Positions 1 through 10,745 of a DNA stretch of 16,189 bases are shown here, piece by piece. The position numbers and the translations under genes were made by a program. Origin of the DNA: Utricularia gibba. Lineage: Eukaryota; Plantae; Magnoliophyta. The stretch's first letter is position 1, and each line of letters opens with the position of its first letter. The DNA is taken from contig NEEC01000441.1 of NCBI GenBank assembly GCA_002189035.1, forward strand, positions 1-16,189, written 5' to 3'. The notes below the pieces were generated by a model that saw only the letters and a list, made by a program, of their open reading frames with translations, was not told where the DNA came from and searched no databases.

Positions 1-315
1 CCTTGGGTCAGAACGAAGTTCACAACGACATCACCCGCCCAAAAACGACAAGCTTTTCCTTGAGAAACCATGTAGGCAGCCAATTAAAACCCAACGTTAA
101 GAAATGCATCAAGTTTTTTGCCGAGCTACAAATGACTATGGGCCCGAGCTCGACTCGACCTCCTTCTCGATACCGTTGCCCCACGAGAGCGCCTCCTCAG
201 ATATAAAGCATGCGGTTGAGAAAACCATTTTGGGTGCTTATGACATCCTAACTTCAATAAGTGCATCACGATTTTCGTCGAGTAGGACCCGATGTGGCAA
301 AGGAGTCAGACCGAA
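1..315. repeat. Reference long (L) monomer, 315 bp
   Basis: Runs from one anchor to the next (316) and ends ...GGCAAAGGAGTCAGACCGAA. Contains HindIII AAGCTT 50-55, NsiI ATGCAT 104-109, ApaI GGGCCC 140-145, SacI GAGCTC 146-151 and SphI GCATGC 208-213. Other full-length copies: 1526-1840, 2145-2459, 8012-8326. About 31 monomers are L type, including 3 with partly deleted junctions. Confidence 0.97.
60..282. repeat. Diverged internal ~157-bp subrepeat within each monomer (best-aligned blocks 60-125 and 216-282)
   Basis: TTGAGAAACCAT (60-71) vs TTGAGAAAACCAT (216-228), offset 156. Positions 95-125 vs 252-282 match 23/31 ungapped at offset 157. Positions 72-94 vs 229-251 match 13/23. Confidence 0.85.
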
Positions 316-3300
316 CCTTGGGTCAGAACGAAGTTCACAACGACATCACCCGCCCAAAAACGACAAGCTTTTCCTTGAGAAACCATGTAGGCAGCCAATT
401 AAAACCCAACGTTAAGAAATGCATCAAGTTTTTTGCCGAGCACAAATGACTATGGGCCCGAGCTCGACTCGACTCCTTCTCGATACCGTTGCCCACGAGA
501 GCGCCTCTCAATATAAAGCATGCGGTTGAGAAAACCATTTTGGGTGCTCATGACATCCTAACTTCAATAAGTCACGATTTTCGTCGAGTAGGACCCGATG
601 TGGCAAAGGAACCTTGGGTCAGAACGAAGTTCACAACGACATCACCCCAAAAACGACAAGCTTTTCCTTGAGAAACCATGTAGGCAGCCAATTAAAACCC
701 AACGTTAAGAAATGCATCAAGTTTTTTGCCGAGCCACAAATGACTATGGGCCCGAGCTCGACTCGACCTCCTTCTCGATACCGTTGCCCACGAGAGCGCC
801 TCCTCAGATATAAAGCATGCGGTTGAGAAAACCATTTTGGGTGCTCATGACATCCTAACTTCAATAAGTGCAGCACGATTTTCGTCGAGTAGGACCCGAT
901 GTGGCAAAGGAACCTTGGGTCAGAACGAAGTTCACAACGACATCACCCGCCCAAAAACGACAAGCTTTTCCTTGAGAAACCATGTAGGCAGCCAATTAAA
1001 ACCCAACGTTAAGAAATGCATCAAGTTTTTTGCCGAGCCACAAATGACTATGGGCCCGAGCTCGACTCGACCTCCTCTCGATACCGTTGCCCCACGAGAG
1101 CGCCTTATCAAATATAAAGCATGCGGTTGAGAAAACCATTTTGGGTTCATGACATCCTAACTTCAATAAGTGCAGCACGATTTTCGTCGAGTAGGACCCG
1201 ATGTGGCAAAGGAGTCAGACCGAACCTTGGGTCAGAACGAAGTTCACAACGACATCACCGCCCAAAAACGACAAGCTTTTCCTTGAGAAACCATGTAGGC
1301 AGCCAATTAAAACCCAACGTTAAGAAATGCATCAAGTTTTTTGCCGAGCCACAAATGACTATGGGCCCGAGCTCGACTCGACCTCCTTCTCGATACCGTT
1401 GCCCCACGAGAGCGCCTCCTCAGATATAAAGCATGCGGTTGAGAAAACCATTTTGGGTGCATGACATCCTAACTTCAATAAGTGCAGCACGATTTTCGTC
1501 GAGTAGGACCCGATGTGGCAAAGAACCTTGGGTCAGAACGAAGTTCACAACGACATCACCCGCCCAAAAACGACAAGCTTTTCCTTGAGAAACCATGTAG
1601 GCAGCCAATTAAAACCCAACGTTAAGAAATGCATCAAGTTTTTTGCCGAGCTACAAATGACTATGGGCCCGAGCTCGACTCGACCTCCTTCTCGATACCG
1701 TTGCCCCACGAGAGCGCCTCCTCAGATATAAAGCATGCGGTTGAGAAAACCATTTTGGGTGCTTATGACATCCTAACTTCAATAAGTGCATCACGATTTT
1801 CGTCGAGTAGGACCCGATGTGGCAAAGGAGTCAGACCGAACCTTGGGTCAGAACGAAGTTCACAACGACATCACCGCCCAAAAACGACAAGCTTTTCCTT
1901 GAGAAACCATGTAGGCAGCCAATTAAAACCCAACGTTAAGAAATGCATCAAGTTTTTTGCCGAGCCACAAATGACTATGGGCCCGAGCTCGACTCGACCT
2001 CCTTCTCGATACCGTTGCCCCACGAGAGCGCCTCCTCAGATATAAAGCATGCGGTTGAGAAAACCATTTTGGGTGCTCATGACATCCTAACTTCAATAAG
2101 TGCAGCACGATTTTCGTCGAGTAGGACCCGATGTGGCAAAGGAACCTTGGGTCAGAACGAAGTTCACAACGACATCACCCGCCCAAAAACGACAAGCTTT
2201 TCCTTGAGAAACCATGTAGGCAGCCAATTAAAACCCAACGTTAAGAAATGCATCAAGTTTTTTGCCGAGCTACAAATGACTATGGGCCCGAGCTCGACTC
2301 GACCTCCTTCTCGATACCGTTGCCCCACGAGAGCGCCTCCTCAGATATAAAGCATGCGGTTGAGAAAACCATTTTGGGTGCTTATGACATCCTAACTTCA
2401 ATAAGTGCATCACGATTTTCGTCGAGTAGGACCCGATGTGGCAAAGGAGTCAGACCGAACCTTGGGTCAGAACGAAGTTCACAACGACATCACCCGCCCA
2501 AAAACGACAAGCTTTTCCTTGAGAAACCATGTAGGCAGCCAATTAAAACCCAACGTTAAGAAATGCATCAAGTTTTTTGCCGAGCCACAAATGACTATGG
2601 GCCGAGCTCGACTCGACCTCCTTCTCGATACCGTTGCCCCACGAGAGCGCCTCCTCAGATATAAAGCATGCGGTTGAGAAAACCATTTTGGGTGCTCATG
2701 ACATCCTAACTTCAATAAGTGCAGCACGATTTTCGTCGAGTAGGACCCGATGTGGCAAAGGAGTCAGACCGAACCTTGGGTCAGAACGAAGTTCACAACG
2801 ACATCACCCGCCCAAAAACGACAAGCTTTTCCTTGAGAAACCATGTAGGCAGCCAATTAAAACCCAACGTTAAGAAATGCATCAAGTTTTTTGCCGAGCC
2901 ACAAATGACTATGGGCCCGAGCTCGACTCGACCTCCTTCTCGATACCGTTGCCCCACGAGAGCGCCTCCTCAGATATAAAGCATGCGGTTGAGAAAACCA
3001 TTTTGGGTGATGACATCCTAACTTCAATAAGTGCAGCACGATTTTCGTCGAGTAGGACCCGATGTGGCAAAGGAACCTTGGGTCAGAACGAAGTTCACAA
3101 CGACATCACCCGCCCAAAAACGACAAGCTTTTCCTTGAGAAACCATGTAGGCAGCAATTAAAACCCAACGTTAAGAAATGCATCAAGTTTTTTGCCGAGC
3201 ACAAATGACTATGGGCCCGAGCTCGACTCGACCTCCTTCTCGATACCGTTGCCCCACGAGAGCGCCTCCTCAATATAAAGCATGCGGTTGAGAAAACCAT

Positions 3301-6300
3301 TTTGGGTGCTCATGACATCCTAACTTCAATAAGTGCACGATTTTCGTCGAGTAGGACCCGATGTGGCAAAGGAGTCAGACCGAACCTTGGGTCAGAACGA
3401 AGTTCACAACGACATCACCCGCCCAAAAACGACAAGCTTTTCCTTGAGAAACCATGTAGGCAGCCAATTAAAACCCAACGTTAAGAAATGCATCAAGTTT
3501 TTTGCCGAGCCACAAATGACTATGGGCCCGAGCTCGACTCGACCTCCTTCTCGATACCGTTGCCCCACGAGAGCGCCTCCTCAGATATAAAGCATGCGGT
3601 TGAGAAAACCATTTGGGTGCTCATGACATCCTAACTTCAATAAGTGCAGCACGATTTTCGTCGAGTAGGACCCGATGGCAAAGGACGAACCTTGGGTCAG
3701 AACGAAGTTCACAACGACATCACCCGCCCAAAAACGACAAGCTTTTCCTTGAGAAACCATGTAGGCAGCCAATTAAAACCCAACGTTAAGAAATGCATCA
3801 AGTTTTTTGCCGAGCACAAATGACTATGGGCCCGAGCTCGACTCGACCTCCTTCTCGATACCGTTGCCCCACGAGAGCGCCTCCTCAGATATAAAGCATG
3901 CGGTTGAGAAAACCATTTTTGGGTGCTCATGACATCCTAACTTCAATAAGTGCATCACGATTTTCGTCGAGTAGGACCCGATGTGGCAAAGGAACCTTGG
4001 GTCAGAACGAAGTTCACAACGACATCACCCGCCCAAAAACGACAAGCTTTTCCTTGAGAAACCATGTAGGCAGCCAATTAAAACCCAACGTTAAGAAATG
4101 CATCAAGTTTTTTGCCGAGCACAAATGACTATGGGCCCGAGCTCGACTCGACCTCCTTCTCGATACCGTTGCCCCACGAGAGCGCCTCCTCAGATATAAA
4201 GCATGCGGTTGAGAAAACCATTTTGGGTGCTCATGACATCCTAACTTCAATAAGTGCATCACGATTTTCGTCGAGTAGGACCCGATGTGGCAAAGGAGTC
4301 AGACGAACCTTGGGTCAGAACGAAGTTCACAACGACATCACCGCCAAAAACGACAAGCTTTTCCTTGAGAAACCATGTAGGCAGCCAATTAAAACCCAAC
4401 GTTAAGAAATGCATCAAGTTTTTTTGCCGAGCCACAAATGACTATGGGCCCGAGCTCGACTCGACCTCCTTCTCGATACCGTTGCCCACGAGAGCGCCTC
4501 CTCAGATATAAAGCATGCGGTTGAGAAAACCATTTTGGGTGCTCATGACATCCTAACTTCAATAAGTGCAGCACGATTTTCGTCGAGTAGGACCCGATGT
4601 GGCAAAGGAACCTTGGGTCAGAACGAAGTTCACAACGACATCACCCGCCCAAAAACGACAAGCTTTTCCTTGAGAAACCATGTAGGCAGCCAATTAAAAC
4701 CCAACGTTAAGAAATGCATCAAGTTTTTTGCCGAGCCACAAATGACTATGGGCCCGAGCTCGACTCGACCTCCTTCTCGATACCGTTGCCCCACGAGAGC
4801 GCCTCCTCAGATATAAAGCATGCGGTTGAGAAAACCATTTTGGGTGCTCATGACATCCTAACTTCAATAAGTGCAGCACGATTTCGTCGAGTAGGACCCG
4901 ATGTGGCAAAGGAGTCAGCCGAACCTTGGGTCAGAACGAAGTTCACAACGACATCACCCGCCCAAAAACGACAAGCTTTTCCTTGAGAAACCATGTAGGC
5001 AGCCAATTAAAACCCAACGTTAAGAAATGCATCAAGTTTTTTGCCGAGCCACAAATGACTATGGGCCCGAGCTCGACTCGACCTCCTTCTCGATACCGTT
5101 GCCCACGAGAGCGCCTCCTCAGATATAAAGCATGCGGTTGAGAAAACCATTTTGGGTGCTCATGACATCCTAACTTCAATAAGTGCAGCACGATTTTCGT
5201 CGAGTAGGACCCGATGTGGCAAAGGAACCTTGGGTCAGAACGAAGTTCACAACGACATCACCGCCCAAAAACGACAAGCTTTTCCTTGAGAAACCATGTA
5301 GGCAGCCAATTAAAACCCAACGTTAAGAAATGCATCAAGTTTTTTGCCGAGCACAAATGACTATGGGCCCGAGCTCGACTCGACCTCCTTCTCGATACCG
5401 TTGCCCCACGAGAGCGCCTCCTCAGATATAAAGCATGCGGTTGAGAAAACCATTTTGGGTGCTATGACATCCTAACTTCAATAAGTGCAGCACGATTTCG
5501 TCGAGTAGGACCCGATGTGGCAAAGGAGTCAGACCGAACCTTGGGTCAGAACGAAGTTCACAACGACATCACCCGCCCAAAAACGACAAGCTTTTCCTTG
5601 AGAAACCATGTAGGCAGCCAATTAAAACCCAACGTTAAGAAATGCATCAAGTTTTTTGCCGAGCTACAAATGACTATGGGCCCGAGCTCGACTCGACCTC
5701 CTTCTCGATACCGTTGCCCCGAGAGCGCCTCCTCAGATATAAAGCATGCGGTTGAGAAAACCATTTTGGGTGCTTATGACATCCTAACTTCAATAAGTGC
5801 ATCACGATTTTCGTCGAGTAGGACCGATGTGGCAAAGGAGTCAGACCGAACCTTGGGTCAGAACGAAGTTCACAACGACATCACCGCCCAAAAACGACAA
5901 GCTTTTCCTTGAGAAACCATGTAGGCAGCCAATTAAAACCCAACGTTAAGAAATGCATCAAGTTTTTTGCCGAGCCACAAATGACTATGGGCCCGAGCTC
6001 GACTCGACCTCCTTCTCGATACCGTTGCCCCACGAGAGCGCCTTATCAAATATAAGCATGCGGTTGAGAAAACCATTTTGGGTGCTCATGACATCCTAAC
6101 TTCAATAAGTGCAGCACGATTTTCGTCGAGTAGGACCCGATGTGGCAAAGGAGTCAGACCGAACCTTGGGTCAGAACGAAGTTCACAACGACATCACCCG
6201 CCCAAAAACGACAAGCTTTTCCTTGAGAAACCATGTAGGCAGCCAATTAAAACCCAACGTTAAGAAATGCATCAAGTTTTTTGCCGAGCTACAAATGACT

Positions 6301-9300
6301 ATGGCCCGAGCTCGACTCGACCTCCTTCTCGATACCGTTGCCCCACGAGAGCGCCTCCTCAGATATAAAGCATGCGGTTGAGAAAACCATTTTGGGTGCT
6401 CATGACATCCTAACTTCAATAAGTGCAGCACGATTTTCGTCGAGGACCCGATGTGGCAAAGGAACCTTGGGTCAGAACGAAGTTCACAACGACATCACCC
6501 GCCCAAAAACGACAAGCTTTTTTCCTTGAGAAACCATGTAGGCAGCCAATTAAAACCCAACGTTAAGAAATGCATCAAGTTTTTTGCCGAGCTACAAATG
6601 ACTATGGGCCCGAGCTCGACTCGACCTCCTTCTCGATACCGTTGCCCCACGAGAGCGCTCCTCAGATATAAAGCATGCGGTTGAGAAAACCATTTTGGGT
6701 GCTCATGACATCCTAACTTCAATAAGTGCAGCACGATTTTTCGTCGAGTAGGACCCGATGTGGCAAAGGAGTCAGACCGAACCTTGGGTCAGAACGAAGT
6801 TCACAACGACATCACCCGCCCAAAAACGACAAGCTTTTCCTTGAGAAACCATGTAGGCAGCCAATTAAAACCCAACGTTAAGAAATGCATCAAGTTTTTT
6901 GCCGAGCCACAAATGACTATGGGCCCGAGCTCGACTCGACCTCCTTCTCGATACCGTTGCCCCACGAGAGCGCCTCCTCAGATATAAAGCATGCGGTTGA
7001 GAAAACCATTTTGGGTGCTCATGACATCCTAACTTCAATAAGTGCAGCACGATTTTCGTCGAGTAGGACCCGATGTGGCAAAGGAGTCAGGAACCTTGGG
7101 TCAGAACGAAGTTCACAACGACATCACCCGCCCAAAAACGACAAGCTTTTCCTTGAGAAACCATGTAGGCAGCCAATTAAAACCCAACGTTAAGAAATGC
7201 ATCAAGTTTTTTGCCGAGCCACAAATGACTATGGGCCCGAGCTCGACTCGACCTCCTTCTCGATACCGTTGCCCCACGAGAGCGCCTCCTCAGATATAAA
7301 GCATGCGGTTGAGAAAACCATTTTGGGTGCTCATGACATCCTAACTTCAATAAGTGCAGCACGATTTTCGTCGAGTAGGACCCGATGTGGCAAGGAACCT
7401 TGGGTCAGAACGAAGTTCACAACGACATCACCCGCCCAAAAACGACAAGCTTTTCCTTGAGAAACCATGTAGGCAGCCAATTAAAACCCAACGTTAAGAA
7501 ATGCATCAAGTTTTTTGCCGAGCCACAAATGACTATGGGCCCGAGCTCGACTCGACCCTTCTCGATACCGTTGCCCACGAGAGCGCCTCCTCAGATATAA
7601 AGCATGCGGTTGAGAAAACCATTTTGGGTGCTCATGACATCCTAACTTCAATAAGTGCAGCACGATTTCGTCGAGTAGGACCCGATGTGGCAAAGGAGTC
7701 AGACCGAACCTTGGGTCAGAACGAAGTTCACAACGACATCACCGCCCAAAAACGACAAGCTTTTCCTTGAGAAACCATGTAGGCAGCCAATTAAAACCCA
7801 ACGTTAAGAAATGCATCAAGTTTTTTGCCGAGCCACAAATGACTATGGGCCCGAGCTCGACTCGACCTCCTTCTCGATACCGTTGCCCACGAGAGCGCCT
7901 CCTCAGATATAAAGCATGCGGTTGAGAAAACCATTTTGGGTGCTCATGACATCCTAACTTCAATAAGTGCAGCACGATTTTCGTCGAGTAGGACCCGATG
8001 TGGCAAAGGAACCTTGGGTCAGAACGAAGTTCACAACGACATCACCCGCCCAAAAACGACAAGCTTTTCCTTGAGAAACCATGTAGGCAGCCAATTAAAA
8101 CCCAACGTTAAGAAATGCATCAAGTTTTTTGCCGAGCCACAAATGACTATGGGCCCGAGCTCGACTCGACCTCCTTCTCGATACCGTTGCCCCACGAGAG
8201 CGCCTCCTCAGATATAAAGCATGCGGTTGAGAAAACCATTTTGGGTGCTCATGACATCCTAACTTCAATAAGTGCAGCACGATTTTCGTCGAGTAGGACC
8301 CGATGTGGCAAAGGAGTCAGACCGAACCTTGGGTCAGAACGAAGTTCACAACGACATCACCCCAAAAACGACAAGCTTTTCCTTGAGAAACCATGTAGGC
8401 AGCCAATTAAAACCCAACGTTAAGAAATGCATCAAGTTTTTTGCCGAGCCACAAATGACTATGGGCCCGAGCTCGACTCGACCTCCTTCTCGATACCGTT
8501 GCCCCACGAGAGCGCCTCCTCAGATATAAAGCATGCGGTTGAGAAAACCATTTTGGGTGCTCATGACATCCTAACTTCAATAAGTGCAGCACGATTTTCG
8601 TCGAGTAGGACCCGATGTGGCAAAGGAACCTTGGGTCAGAACGAAGTTCACAACGACATCACCCGCCCAAAAACGACAAGCTTTTCCTTGAGAAACCATG
8701 TAGGCAGCCAATTAAAACCCAACGTTAAGAAATGCATCAAGTTTTTTGCCGAGCTACAAATGACTATGGGCCCGAGCTCGACTCGACCTCCTTCTCGATA
8801 CCGTTGCCCCACGAGAGCGCCTCCTCAGATATAAAGCATGCGGTTGAGAAAACCATTTTGGGTGCTCATGACATCCTAACTTCAATAAGTGCAGCACGAT
8901 TTTCGTCGAGTAGGACCCGATGTGGCAAAGGAGTCAGACCGAACCTTGGGTCAGAACGAAGTTCACAACGACATCACCGCCCAAAAACGACAAGCTTTTC
9001 CTTGAGAAACCATGTAGGCAGCCAATTAAAACCCAACGTTAAGAAATGCATCAAGTTTTTTGCCGAGCCACAAATGACTATGGGCCCGAGCTCGACTCGA
9101 CCTCCTTCTCGATACCGTTGCCCCACGAGAGCGCCTCCTCAGATATAAAGCATGCGGTTGAGAAAACCATTTTGGGTGCTCATGACATCCTAACTTCAAT
9201 AAGTGCAGCACGATTTTCGTCGAGTAGGACCCGATGTGGCAAAGGAGTCAGACCGAACCTTGGGTCAGAACGAAGTTCACAACGACATCACCCGCCCAAA

Positions 9301-9564
9301 AACGACAAGCTTTTCCTTGAGAAACCATGTAGGCAGCCAATTAAAACCCAACGTTAAGAAATGCATCAAGTTTTTTGCCGAGCACAAATGACTATGGGCC
9401 CGAGCTCGACTCGACTCCTTCTCGATACCGTTGCCCCACGAGAGCGCCTCCTCAGATATAAAGCATGGTTGAGAAAACCATTTTGGGTGCTTATGACATC
9501 CTAACTTCAATAAGTGCATCACGATTTTCGTCGAGTAGGACCCGATGTGGCAAAGGAGTCAGAA

Positions 9565-9819
9565 CCTTGGTCAGAACGAAGGGCCAAAAACGACAAGCTT
9601 TTCCTTGAGTGTAGGCAGCCAATTAAAACCCAACATGCATCAAGTTTTTTGCCGAGCCACAAATGACTATGGGCCACTCGACCTCCTTCTCGATACGTTG
9701 CCCACGAGAGCGCCTCCTCATATAAAGCATGCGGAAAACCATTTTGGGTGCTCATGACATCCTAACTTCAATAAGTGCAGCACGATTTTCGTCGAGTAGG
9801 ACCCGATGTGGCAAAGGAA
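9565..9819. other. Deletion-riddled monomer M32 (255 bp), probable low-quality read segment
   Basis: At least six separate multi-base deletions against the consensus, almost no substitutions, and the SacI site is lost. Confidence 0.7.
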
Positions 9820-10745
9820 CCTTGGGTCAGAACGAAGTTCACAACGACATCCGCCCAAAAACGACAAGCTTTTCCTTGAGAAACCATGTAGGCAGCCAAT
9901 TAAAACCCAACGTTAAGAAATGCATCAAGTTTTTTGCCGAGCACAAATGACTATGGGCCCGAGCTCGACTCGACCTCCTTCGATACCGTTGCCCCACGAG
10001 AGCGCCTCCTCAGATATAAAGCATGCGGTTGAGAAAACCATTTTGGGTGCTTATGACATCCTAACTTCAATAAGTGCATCACGATTTTCGTCGAGTAGGA
10101 CCCGATGTGGCAAAGGAGTCAGACCGAACCTTGGGTCAGAACGAAGTTCACAACGACATCACCCGCCCAAAAACGACAAGCTTTTCCTTGAGAAACCATG
10201 TAGGCAGCCAATTAAAACCCAACGTTAAGAAATGCATCAAGTTTTTTGCCGAGCCACAAATGACTATGGGCCCGAGCTCGACTCGACCTCCTTCTCGATA
10301 CCGTTGCCCCACGAGAGCGCCCTCAGATATAAAGCATGCGGTTGAGAAAACCATTTTGGGTGCTCATGACATCCTAACTTCAATAAGTGCAGCACGATTT
10401 TCGTCGAGTAGGACCCGATGTGGCAAAGGAGTCAGACCGAACCTTGGGTCAGAACGAAGTTCACAACGACATCACCGCCCAAAAACGACAAGCTTTTCCT
10501 TGAGAAACCATGTAGGCAGCCAATTAAAACCCAACGTTAAGAAATGCATCAAGTTTTTTGCCGAGCCACAAATGACTATGGGCCCGAGCTCGACTCGACC
10601 TCCTTCTCGATACCGTTGCCCCACGAGAGCGCCTCCTCAGATATAAAGCATGCGGTTGAGAAAACCATTTTGGGTGCTCATGACATCCTAACTTCAATAA
10701 GTGCAGCACGATTTTCGTCGAGTAGGACCCGATGTGGCAAAGGAA

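Noticed and set aside
202-207. TATAAA as a TATA-box promoter in each monomer
   Set aside because: A single hexamer with no supporting elements or gene; expected by chance.
37-235. Inverted repeats or hairpin (GCCCAAAA 37-44 with TTTTGGGT 228-235; ACCCAA with TTGGGT)
   Set aside because: Only 6-8 bp, imperfect and far apart; not enough to support a structure or transposon terminal inverted repeats.
50-243. Cluster of palindromic hexamers (AAGCTT, AACGTT, ATGCAT, GGGCCC, GAGCTC, GCATGC, TCATGA)
   Set aside because: Six or seven per monomer against about five expected by chance (315/64); not a meaningful excess.
1-315. 5S rDNA or other RNA-gene tandem unit
   Set aside because: The size is compatible, but only TCAGAAC resembles 5S rRNA. 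I could not align a 120-nt 5S gene or a tRNA cloverleaf on either strand.
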